Origin: a virus
Length of the DNA stretch: 64,000 bases
Reading direction: 5' to 3' (one strand)
IMG/VR virus record: IMGVR_UViG_3300024262_000017
Location: 1-64,000 of that record
Numbering within the stretch: position 1 is the stretch's first letter; the number at the start of each line of letters is the position of its first letter. This document shows, piece by piece, positions 28,223-36,540 of this stretch. A model generated the notes under the pieces. It made no database searches. It saw only the letters and a list, made by a program, of their open reading frames with translations, and was not told the origin of the DNA. A program made the position numbers and the translations under genes.

Positions 28223-30842
28223 CCTCTTCTGGGGCAGCCATGGCAGTTTGATTAATCCGTAGTATCAAACTACCAAGGTTTGTGAACACTGACTGGAGCC
28301 GTTTTTCAAGGTCATTGAAATCCGTTTCGCCCAATTCTGCTTTCAAGTCGGCTTCTCGCATCCACAGGGTCAAAAGAATCCGACCCAGGTTGTCGAGGGC
28401 TTTTTCCAGGTTGGGAAGATAGTTTGACACTGCCTCACGCAAATCAGCGTCAGTTGCCATAGACCCGATTGCAGTGGCTTCGAAAGCCTCGGGGTCTTCC
28501 AGCATTGCAGCATCTTCCATCATTGGTCCCGCTTGTCCAGCCATCTCTTCTGCAGCCATAGGCTGCTCAACAGGCATCTCACCACCCATACCTGGAGCCA
28601 TACCCTCAGCACCCGGAGGCATTCCACCACCCGGAGGCATTCCACCACCCGGAGGCATTCCACCACCCGGAGGCATTCCACCCATTTCAGGGGGCATACC
28701 CTCAGCACCAGGAGGGGGCATTCCTTCAGCACCAGGAGGGGGCATTCCTTCAGCACCAGGGGGTGGTTCTTGTGGTACTGAACCTGGAGGGCCGGCCATG
28801 GGGCCACCCATTTGTTCCATAGCAATTTGCTCAGCACGTTGTTTCACGGCTGCAATAGCAGACATTTGATTAGCAACGTCACGTTGTTGCTCTGCGATTT
28901 GCTGAGAAAACATGGCAGACTGTTGTGCCAAGTCTGCTTCGACTTCGGATGCAGCCAATTCGACAGGGCTTGGAGGCGGAGGTTCAGGGGGCATCCCACC
29001 CATCATTTCAGGGGGCATCCCACCCATCATTTCAGGCGGCATACCTTCTGCTCCGGGGGGCATACCTTCTGCGCCGGGAGGCATTCCGCCTGCCATCTCA
29101 GGAGGCATTCCACCCGCGCTAGGGTCTCCAGCCATGGGAGCAGGCCCTTGAGCTACCTTCAACCAGGCTGCGAATTTGCTCAACTGTGCCGGCTTTACCA
29201 GGTAAAACGAGTGGTGTCCACGTGCAGCTGTCTTGGTAAGCAGGGCTACTGCTTCCGGACCAGACAACTCTAAGTCTTCCACCAAAGAACGAACCGTAGC
29301 TACTTTGGATTGAGGCTCCAAGCCACCAATAGAAAACATGGAAGCGCCTGCATCCTTCAACTTTATTCGGATGGCGCCTTCCTTCTGCAGAGCTTGAGTG
29401 TAACGCAGGGTATCATCGATTCCCTGCAAGCTGGCGTCGTTTTCATGCTCACCACGAACAAAGCTATAGTTGTCTGGCAGGTACGTGACATTTCCGTCTG
29501 CCGGAGCAACAATTTGTTTGATAGGGCTCTTTGGGTCAGTGACTATGATGCGTCCACTGCTGGTTTTGATACGGCGAATTCCGTCACTACCTGTCGTGAT
29601 GTTCAAGACATCAGTTGGTTGAGTAGCTTGAAATTTACCGCCTCGATTACAGAAGAAGAATCCATAGCCTGTCCCTGAATCTTGGGAGGAATCAACGAGC
29701 TTGGCCAGCTTACCCGTGATTTCTTCAGCAGGGATCCAACGACCCACCGGGGGTTCGGTGGTCGTCATGATTTTCCCATCTTCTGTGTACACCAAGAATT
29801 GCTGAGGATTTTGGTGATGGGAAGGTTCATTGGGTCGACCGTATTCATCGACCATCAACTTAGCCGAAGAACGGCGGTGTTTCTGCCAGTATGCATTAGG
29901 AACAAAACGAAGGTCTGTTCGGTTCCCAGCATACAGAGGTGATACAAAAGGTTGAGGTTCAGAAATAACCAAGCATTTCTTTACCTCACCACCTTGGAAA
30001 TGGATTTCATAAAAACCATTTTCCTGAGCAGTAACTCTCCGTACTGGTTCTTCGGTTTCGATAGCTGCATTCGTTTCTTCACGGTCGTCAGCTACGACGA
30101 AACCAGTCTTTACAGCTTCTTGCCATGCCGAAGCAGCATATTTCCCAAAAGCTTTTTGAAACTGACTTGCAGTGTCATTGGGAGTTAGGACTGCTACTCG
30201 CGCACGAGCGGATGCTGTTTTCTCTACATGGGGTCGCAGGGCATCCATCAGTTGTTTGCGGTCAAAGTTTTCAAAAGCAAACTTTAACACACAGGCATTC
30301 TTTTCTAACACCAGTCGGAAGGCTGTCTTCACACGATTTGGTGCATCTGAGAGAAACTGCGCCAGCTTTTCTCCTGGTTCTGAGAAAGAGGCATACACGT
30401 GCCGCCCAACTGTTGGCGGGATAACCACGTCGCGGATGTCTTGGTCAGGTTCGAGTTCCTTGGGTGGTTCCACACCTTCTCCAAGGTCATCGATAGAATT
30501 TCTCGCAATTTCATCGAGCCATTCTTTATCCAAGGGTAGGAAGATGTTTTTGTCTTTGTAAAATACAACTTCCATAGGCTTGATTTGATTGCCGGCCAGC
30601 ACCGCAGGGACATAAAGTGTAATCCCATTGAGAGAAATGACAAACGCACCGACAGCAGACCCTGTATCCAGGTTCGTATCTAAGACTTTGAACGTTTGGA
30701 CGCTGTCTAATAGCTCTGGGAATTTTCCAGACAACACACCACTTGCCATTTGGCTGAAACCCTCTTCGAATGCACGAGTGGCATCTTCGGGGGTAGAAGG
30801 TGGTTGCATGAATCCTTGTGTTCGTGGAGAAAGTCCGGGCAT
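28200..30842 (-). CDS. large putative internal head protein with Gly-Met-Pro repeats
   Basis: 880 aa; SD AGGAG; KTAS, KTAA and KVA motifs; GGMPP low-complexity tracts. Confidence 0.7.
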   Translation of the reverse strand: MPGLSPRTQGFMQPPSTPEDATRAFEEGFSQMASGVLSGKFPELLDSVQTFKVLDTNLDTGSAVGAFVISLNGITLYVPAVLAGNQIKPMEVVFYKDKNIFLPLDKEWLDEIARNSIDDLGEGVEPPKELEPDQDIRDVVIPPTVGRHVYASFSEPGEKLAQFLSDAPNRVKTAFRLVLEKNACVLKFAFENFDRKQLMDALRPHVEKTASARARVAVLTPNDTASQFQKAFGKYAASAWQEAVKTGFVVADDREETNAAIETEEPVRRVTAQENGFYEIHFQGGEVKKCLVISEPQPFVSPLYAGNRTDLRFVPNAYWQKHRRSSAKLMVDEYGRPNEPSHHQNPQQFLVYTEDGKIMTTTEPPVGRWIPAEEITGKLAKLVDSSQDSGTGYGFFFCNRGGKFQATQPTDVLNITTGSDGIRRIKTSSGRIIVTDPKSPIKQIVAPADGNVTYLPDNYSFVRGEHENDASLQGIDDTLRYTQALQKEGAIRIKLKDAGASMFSIGGLEPQSKVATVRSLVEDLELSGPEAVALLTKTAARGHHSFYLVKPAQLSKFAAWLKVAQGPAPMAGDPSAGGMPPEMAGGMPPGAEGMPPGAEGMPPEMMGGMPPEMMGGMPPEPPPPSPVELAASEVEADLAQQSAMFSQQIAEQQRDVANQMSAIAAVKQRAEQIAMEQMGGPMAGPPGSVPQEPPPGAEGMPPPGAEGMPPPGAEGMPPEMGGMPPGGGMPPGGGMPPGGGMPPGAEGMAPGMGGEMPVEQPMAAEEMAGQAGPMMEDAAMLEDPEAFEATAIGSMATDADLREAVSNYLPNLEKALDNLGRILLTLWMREADLKAELGETDFNDLEKRLQSVFTNLGSLILRINQTAMAAPEEDEGDEAA
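28590..29115. repeat. coding tandem repeats (18-bp CCCGGAGGCATTCCACCA and related 21/24-bp units)
   Basis: Three perfect 18-mers from 28612 plus degenerate units encoding GGMPP/AEGMPP. Confidence 0.85.
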
Positions 30843-30859
30843 CTTTTTGTCCTCTCCTA

Positions 30860-31471
30860 TTATATGAGCTTCCCTGCTTGGTAAACCATGACAGGTTTCA
30901 TAGCGTGCATTGCATGAGTCAAGAATGCTGGAATCAGGGTTTTAACTGCTTGCAATTTGTCTGGCACATTTCGTACTGCTTCTAAAGAGGCGCCCATTTC
31001 TTCAACGAGACCAGGCGCTGCCAGAGCAGCAGAAGCCCCTGATAAAATATTGAGTACTTCTCGTCGGGTGTCTTGGTCACCAATTAGTGTACGAATAGCC
31101 AGCATGGCTGGTAGGGCTGCAACGTTATTTACGTTGGTAACACCCTGAGCAGCTTGAAGTACTCGTCCATATATTTTTGAGTTACGCATATTCCTGGCAT
31201 GACCAAGCTCATGCGCTGCTACAGCAGGGTTTACAACACCCAAGGTAATGAGGTCTTTATTCGGATGATAGCTACCTTGTGCTCCAGGTCGGACTTGTAG
31301 TCGAACACCTTTCAGCCGAGGATCAGCTTTCAAGTAGTTTTGGATGGTTGTAGAAACGTTGGCTGCGCTACCAGGTTCGTTGTAAAACCCAGACACACCT
31401 GCCAAGCGTCGCGTAAGTTCCCTGAGCCCCGGAGTGGTGGTCAGGTCTTGTATCGTTGCGCCGTTTGCCAT
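30860..31471 (-). CDS. zincin-type metallopeptidase (HExxH)
   Basis: AVAAHELGHA plus a downstream EE..AS third-ligand motif; hydrophobic helices. Confidence 0.75.
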   Translation of the reverse strand: MANGATIQDLTTTPGLRELTRRLAGVSGFYNEPGSAANVSTTIQNYLKADPRLKGVRLQVRPGAQGSYHPNKDLITLGVVNPAVAAHELGHARNMRNSKIYGRVLQAAQGVTNVNNVAALPAMLAIRTLIGDQDTRREVLNILSGASAALAAPGLVEEMGASLEAVRNVPDKLQAVKTLIPAFLTHAMHAMKPVMVYQAGKLI

Positions 31472-31491
31472 TTCTTTCCATCACTTCGTCG

Positions 31492-31830
31492 TCACTTTGG
31501 GGCCGACACAACCTTCGGCACGTTCTCCGCGGTAATACCTGTGTCGCTTTTTTGTGCAGCTACTGTCTCGGATAACGTGGGATTTGATCCACCCAAATGT
31601 TTGTCGTACAACCCACGCAATCGTCGATAGTAATCTTCATTTTCCGCCAGAGCACCTAAATGGTTTTCAGGAGAAACACCGAGTTCATTTTGCAGACCTG
31701 CGAGTCCCATTTCGTACTGTGCGTTTTGTCGCATGGTATCGATGGGGTGTGCACTACTTAGCTGTGCTTCTTTGATCTGTTGATCTAAAAGAAGAACGGC
31801 CGTTCCACGAAGTTGTGCTCGCCTATCCAC
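31492..31830 (-). CDS. hypothetical protein
   Basis: 112-aa ORF in the operon, containing IKEA. Confidence 0.55.
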   Translation of the reverse strand: MDRRAQLRGTAVLLLDQQIKEAQLSSAHPIDTMRQNAQYEMGLAGLQNELGVSPENHLGALAENEDYYRRLRGLYDKHLGGSNPTLSETVAAQKSDTGITAENVPKVVSAPK

Positions 31831-31846
31831 GTTTCGTCACTCGTTG

Positions 31847-33091
31847 TTACGCTTGCAAACCACGAAGCCGGGAAAGAAGGTTTCCACGAGCAGCGGAGAC
31901 AGAGGCTTTCTTCTCAGTCTCATCCTTCTTCTCGTCATCTTTCTTCTCGTCCTTCTTCTCGTCCTTCTTCTCGTCCTTCTTTTCCTCGTCGTCCTTGTCA
32001 CCCATGTAGTTCTTCAGGGCCTCAGGAACTTCGGCGGTTTTTTCCATACGATTCACGAGAACTTCACGATCTTGCGGGGGCAAGCTCATGAGGTACTGAA
32101 CCGTGGCGACCTTTTGGTGCTGGTCAAAAAAGAAGGGGAAGCGGTTGGCATACTTGGCGCCAACTTGCTTGAAGCGCTGCATGTACTCGACATCTTCCCC
32201 AACTTTGGTCTCTTGAATGACAGTGTTGGTACCACCCTCACTCTTTTCCTGGTCGGGATGAGCTTTTTCTTCACCGATGCGAGCGCTGGCCGGCACCTTC
32301 ATGTCGGTTTCGCCTACACCAGTCTCACCCTTGTTGGCGTAACTTGCACCACCAGGGCGATTCTTTTCGTCGAGAGTACCTTCACCCGTGACCGCGTCAC
32401 CAGGAACTTCGCCCACACCAACCGTGGTGCTGGCTCGCTTGTTTTGCGTTGCGGCTTTGATGAGATTCCGAATGCTTGCGGATTTCATCCCAACCTGCTC
32501 AGCCGCAGAATTGGTTCCGTCGACGGCGACAGGACCCATCCCAACACCTTCGACTTTTTCTTCATCACCGATTTTGCCCTTGCCGGAATCCTGTTGCAGG
32601 CCGACACCATCTTCGCCAACGTTGGCGTAGTTGTCAGGACGCTGTTGCTGGTCCATCTTGGATTCTGCAGTGGTCGCATTGGCAGTGCTGTTTTCCTGCT
32701 CAACACGGTCACCAGTGATAGTGCTGCCTTCACCCAGCTTGCGAAGGAACCGCGCAGCTGCACGTTTCACAGAAGCAGACTTCGCAGCCTCTTCAGCCAC
32801 TTCTGCGGCCGGAGATTCTTGTGCAGCGCCAGCACCAGCACCAGCTACAGACTCAGCAGCCTGGGCAGCATTGGATGCACTAGCTTGCAGTGTGTTGGAA
32901 AGTTCGACGAGATTGGCAGCCAGGTCAGCAGTTGCTTCAGGGGCGACTGCTTCGACCGGTTCCTCCGGCAAACTTTCGGACGCCTCGTCTGCCAAGGCAG
33001 CGGCGAGTTCCTCATTGGCGACTTTGAGAGCGCCGGTATCGATCAACGCCTTCATGGTGCCGCGTGCGTAGGCTTTTTTGAACATTGCCAT
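31847..33091 (-). CDS. abundant acidic core/scaffold-like protein with the leader motif
   Basis: MFKKAYARGTMKALIDTG.LKVA; first gene after a promoter; internal duplication; KKDE repeats. Confidence 0.65.
   Translation of the reverse strand: MAMFKKAYARGTMKALIDTGALKVANEELAAALADEASESLPEEPVEAVAPEATADLAANLVELSNTLQASASNAAQAAESVAGAGAGAAQESPAAEVAEEAAKSASVKRAAARFLRKLGEGSTITGDRVEQENSTANATTAESKMDQQQRPDNYANVGEDGVGLQQDSGKGKIGDEEKVEGVGMGPVAVDGTNSAAEQVGMKSASIRNLIKAATQNKRASTTVGVGEVPGDAVTGEGTLDEKNRPGGASYANKGETGVGETDMKVPASARIGEEKAHPDQEKSEGGTNTVIQETKVGEDVEYMQRFKQVGAKYANRFPFFFDQHQKVATVQYLMSLPPQDREVLVNRMEKTAEVPEALKNYMGDKDDEEKKDEKKDEKKDEKKDDEKKDETEKKASVSAARGNLLSRLRGLQA
31918..31995. repeat. 12-bp coding repeat (KKDE)n
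   Basis: GTCCTTCTTCTC-type units. Confidence 0.8.
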
Positions 33092-33136
33092 CGGTTTTGC
33101 TCCTTTGTCAGTTCGGTCGAATTCAGATTCGACGTA

Positions 33137-33165
33137 ATAGTAGGTTGAAAGTCTGTATCTTTCAA
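33137..33165 (-). promoter_or_regulatory. putative promoter
   Basis: TTGAAA-17 bp (ending CC)-TACTAT. Confidence 0.7.
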
Positions 33166-33174
33166 GCGTTTTTC

Positions 33175-34968
33175 CTAATACTGACCCTTAGGCCCTCTAC
33201 CGAATTCTGCTCCATAAACAAAACCTGGAACAGGGTGCGAACCATGCAGGTCTGCTTTTTCTCCAAATTGTGCAGCGTCCAACACTGTTTGCTTCAAACG
33301 CCTGTGTCCTAAACGAGCCAACCAGTTCGGATTGAGTAGGGGATTGCTGGTAATGGACTGTGCAATGAAAGACATCTTTGGTGGTTGTTGTGCAATTTGA
33401 ACTTTTGATATTCCATTAGCCGCGAGGTCTTTGGAGACTTCAGGGGTAACCATTGTCCCCGCCGTGTGGTGTAAATATCCTTTACCTAACACCCCACCCT
33501 TTGCCTGTTTCAAGGTTGTGTTCTTTGTATTTTTTCCAAGCTCTTTGAGCATGACATTGTAGTTTACGATTTCACCCGGGTAGAAATTCTCTTCAGGATC
33601 TTCATCAATCTGAACGTGGTTGAGATGCGTTCTTGCCAAGACTTCAAAGTGTCGTTTGTCTAAATCGGCACCTTGAGCCTTGTAGGTATTGTATAACTGG
33701 TCAACCATGTATTTACGCCCAGCGCCAAGACCCTTGTAATGTACAAGCTCATCCGGTTTGGTTATTCCGTTTGTGAGTGTATCTCCTCGTGAAACTGTCT
33801 GACCCTTGCGAACTGTTGGGTCAGTGCCCGGAGGTGCGTATTGAGTTTCTCCACCAACAGTAATGTTGTAGCCACCCTGTGGGGCCTTTTGGATTTTGTT
33901 GACCTTACCATCGGTGTCAGAAAGTATGGCCTTATCTGCAAACGTGCTAGGCATCTCTAAGAATTGCCGGAGACCTTTGAGTCCCTTTATCTTGGCGGCA
34001 TCTGCTCCAGCTTGTCTCACACCGTGACGTGCACTCAATGTAAATTGAGTCAGCGGTTCTGTGATGGCCTGAGCAGAGCGTATTCCGATATTGGTACCGA
34101 TGGAATGGAGACCACCCTTTTCGTTAACACCGAAACACTTCTGACACACACCATCGGTGTGCTCGCACGTCATCGGTGACCGAACAATAGCGGTCTTTGT
34201 TTTTTTATGCAGCTGTGAAAGTACTTGCGGAGTAATTTGGGTGTTGTAACCAAAACCCGCAGTAGGCTTTGCTAAAAAGCGGTCAACCGTATTTGGGTCA
34301 TCTGTCTGCATTGGAATACCGTTGTGTGTTCCGCAATCTGCATCCACAACCAGCTGGTCACCCATATTATTAACAAGAATCTTAGCAAAATCACCTGGCT
34401 CAGACACAGCAAGATTTGCAGCCATCAGGTTATTTCGAGATTCAATGCTCGTTGCCCAGTGTTCACTTGGGCGTAGTCCTTCACTGTAACTGTGATGGAC
34501 GAGCCACGGGTAAGCTTCGCCTTTGGCGTCTCGTGCTGCTACAGGAGCCATGAAAGAGCGCATTAATTGCGTGGGACCTCCACGGGTTCCTGAATTAACC
34601 ATCATTCCTTGTGTACCACCAAACTGAGGCATTACTTTTATCAGCTTAGCTTGAGCGTTCTGAATGAGTTGTAGTCGTTTGGTAGGGTCAGATACATTTT
34701 GCAGACTTTTGAGTGTTGGTTTCAGAGCCGCGTTTCGAGCTTTGTAATCAGGGGTGATGTCATTCAAACTAATAGACGCCCCCTCGCTAGTCGCAATTTC
34801 GTGTCCTAAGCGTCGAACATTTTCCATCGTCTGTGCTGCAGAAGTTGGATCCCTCCGTGCCAGTGTATAAAGACGCTGGTGCAGTCCCTTTTTATTGAGG
34901 GTTGCAGAGGTTTGAAGATCCTTGGGCAACACATCGTTGACCAAAAGCTGTCCGAAGGTTTGGGGCAT
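33175..34968 (-). CDS. rpoC: DNA-directed RNA polymerase beta' subunit, C-terminal half
   Basis: TFGQLLVN, SISLND, MVNSGTRG, SYSEGL, bridge helix (SRNNL..A...SEPG), DCGT/RSPMTC/CQKCFG Zn site, trigger loop GIRSAQAITEPLTQFTLSARH, DKRHFEV. Confidence 0.93.
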   Translation of the reverse strand: MPQTFGQLLVNDVLPKDLQTSATLNKKGLHQRLYTLARRDPTSAAQTMENVRRLGHEIATSEGASISLNDITPDYKARNAALKPTLKSLQNVSDPTKRLQLIQNAQAKLIKVMPQFGGTQGMMVNSGTRGGPTQLMRSFMAPVAARDAKGEAYPWLVHHSYSEGLRPSEHWATSIESRNNLMAANLAVSEPGDFAKILVNNMGDQLVVDADCGTHNGIPMQTDDPNTVDRFLAKPTAGFGYNTQITPQVLSQLHKKTKTAIVRSPMTCEHTDGVCQKCFGVNEKGGLHSIGTNIGIRSAQAITEPLTQFTLSARHGVRQAGADAAKIKGLKGLRQFLEMPSTFADKAILSDTDGKVNKIQKAPQGGYNITVGGETQYAPPGTDPTVRKGQTVSRGDTLTNGITKPDELVHYKGLGAGRKYMVDQLYNTYKAQGADLDKRHFEVLARTHLNHVQIDEDPEENFYPGEIVNYNVMLKELGKNTKNTTLKQAKGGVLGKGYLHHTAGTMVTPEVSKDLAANGISKVQIAQQPPKMSFIAQSITSNPLLNPNWLARLGHRRLKQTVLDAAQFGEKADLHGSHPVPGFVYGAEFGRGPKGQY

Positions 34969-34974
34969 GAGTAG

Positions 34975-35346
34975 TTACACCGCAGTGGCGCCAGCTACAC
35001 CTGTACCTGCCAGCATTTTCTTTTGCAAACCACTCATGTTTTTCCAGGCATTGGCAGCACCACTACCAGCACCCTTAGCTGCTAAGGTGGCACGGTTGGC
35101 AAGACCAAAACCCTTTGTGTTTGTGAGGCCAGATTTTGCACCCGCCACAATACCTGATGCACCAGAGCGTACACCACTACCCAATGCTTTTGCTCCAGAC
35201 ATTAAGCCTTTACCCATGGCTGCCAAGCCAGGCATTCCCAGCTTCGATAAATCGATACCCAGTTCCTGAGCTTCCTTCACAAGCCGGTCGATGTTTTCCT
35301 CTTCCAACGCTTGCTGTTGACCTATTTGATAAGCGAGTTTCAGCAT
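34975..35346 (-). CDS. leader-family Gly/Lys-rich protein
   Basis: MLKLAYQIGQQQALEEE..LVKEA; SD AAGGAG. Confidence 0.8.
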   Translation of the reverse strand: MLKLAYQIGQQQALEEENIDRLVKEAQELGIDLSKLGMPGLAAMGKGLMSGAKALGSGVRSGASGIVAGAKSGLTNTKGFGLANRATLAAKGAGSGAANAWKNMSGLQKKMLAGTGVAGATAV

Positions 35347-35357
35347 GGTTTTTCTCC

Positions 35358-35666
35358 TTAGCCACCGACGGTGGTAACTTCAGGACCACGAATATCGAGC
35401 CCCATGGAATTTTGCAAGTCGTTTGTGATATTGCCAGACCTGTGTTGGCTATACGTACGGCCATCATCTTTGGGAGCACCGATGGGCTCATCAGGTATAT
35501 TCTCAGGGTGTTCTTCAATGTCCGGCTCTGATTGAAGCAGCGCAGCCAACGCTTCGGCGGGATTTTCTGCCTGAGACAGGTCAGGAACTCCTACATCTTC
35601 TGGATGAGCGACACCAGCGTCGAGCATGGCCAATTTTACGCCGAGCGTATAGGCTGCATTGTTCAT
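35358..35666 (-). CDS. leader-family acidic protein
   Basis: MNNAAYTLGVKLAMLDAG; coupled to the upstream stop. Confidence 0.7.
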   Translation of the reverse strand: MNNAAYTLGVKLAMLDAGVAHPEDVGVPDLSQAENPAEALAALLQSEPDIEEHPENIPDEPIGAPKDDGRTYSQHRSGNITNDLQNSMGLDIRGPEVTTVGG

Positions 35667-36214
35667 TAGCTGGCCGGCTCATCGTCCTTCGAACTCAGGA
35701 CGTGTTTGAATACCAATGACCACAACGCCATAGCGCTGGCACTTGCCAAGAAACCATCAATGAGGGTTTTCCACCAAACAATCCCAGAAATCAATTCAAT
35801 TGATACTGTCACAGCACAACCCAAAGCAAGTGTGACATAGGGTAAAGCACTTTTCGGAATCAATTTCCAAAGGAACCTTCGAAGTCCCCAAATCAAAAAC
35901 ATGACAACCAAGCCAATGCCCGCAGCCCAACGCCCCTCTTTGAATGCACTAATAATGGCTTCAATATTTGCAGCAGGGTTTTCGTTGATGTCTTCGGTGG
36001 CATCATCAATTTTCTTTCCAGCATCGGCAACTGGGTCATCTGTTTTCGGGGTAGCTACTGCCGGCACAGCCGCATCAGCCGGTGCAGCTACAGCAGCAGC
36101 TGGTGTAGTAACGGCAGAAGCAGGGGTGACCGAAGTCGTGTCATCAGCTGTCACAGCCAACGGTGAGAGCAATAACAACGCTGCAAGGAACATCAAGGTA
36201 AATTTTCGAGTCAT
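35666..36214 (-). CDS. membrane protein with a Sec signal peptide and 3 TM helices
   Basis: Start moved to ATG 36214 (SD AAGGAG): MTRKFTLMFLAALLLLSPLAVTA, then an Ala/Pro/Thr linker and hydrophobic helices. Confidence 0.75.
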   Translation of the reverse strand: MTRKFTLMFLAALLLLSPLAVTADDTTSVTPASAVTTPAAAVAAPADAAVPAVATPKTDDPVADAGKKIDDATEDINENPAANIEAIISAFKEGRWAAGIGLVVMFLIWGLRRFLWKLIPKSALPYVTLALGCAVTVSIELISGIVWWKTLIDGFLASASAMALWSLVFKHVLSSKDDEPAS

Positions 36215-36239
36215 GCGTTTCTCCTTTGGGATAATTGAA

Positions 36240-36461
36240 CTAGATGCCCCGGGCAAGTGCATGTCGCCCGCGGCCTGTAATTGCGTTGAATCCAGCTTCT
36301 CTTGCTTTCTGTGCAGGGGATAACACTCCCCGTGCACCTTTCCATGCGGAAAAGCCCTTAGAGGGGGCTTTTCCAAATAGTTCTTTAAGCCATGCGTCCT
36401 TTTCAATACCGGCATCACGGAACGCGGCCTCTACACCAAGTTGGTAAGCATATTTAAGCAT
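36240..36461 (-). CDS. leader-family small cationic protein
   Basis: Start moved to ATG 36461 (SD GGAGG): MLKYAYQLGVEAAFRDAGIEKDAW. Confidence 0.75.
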   Translation of the reverse strand: MLKYAYQLGVEAAFRDAGIEKDAWLKELFGKAPSKGFSAWKGARGVLSPAQKAREAGFNAITGRGRHALARGI

Positions 36462-36486
36462 ATAAAACATCCTCCGTGTTTGCAAA

Positions 36487-36515
36487 ATGGTAGGTCAATT
36501 TACCCAGTAATACAA
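36487..36515 (-). promoter_or_regulatory. putative promoter
   Basis: TTGTAT-17 bp (ending CC)-TACCAT. Confidence 0.65.
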
Positions 36516-36540
36516 GCCGTTTTAGTTTATTTGAATTCAG

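Noticed and set aside
28590-29115. Possible CRISPR-like repeat array
   Set aside because: The units are tandem, in-frame and lack unique spacers. The Cas4-like nucleases are ordinary phage PD-(D/E)XK enzymes with no cas context.
31844-33148. 434-aa plus-strand ORF
   Set aside because: It is the exact antisense shadow of 31847-33091. Its Leu/Val run mirrors the KKDE repeat, and it has no SD or motifs.
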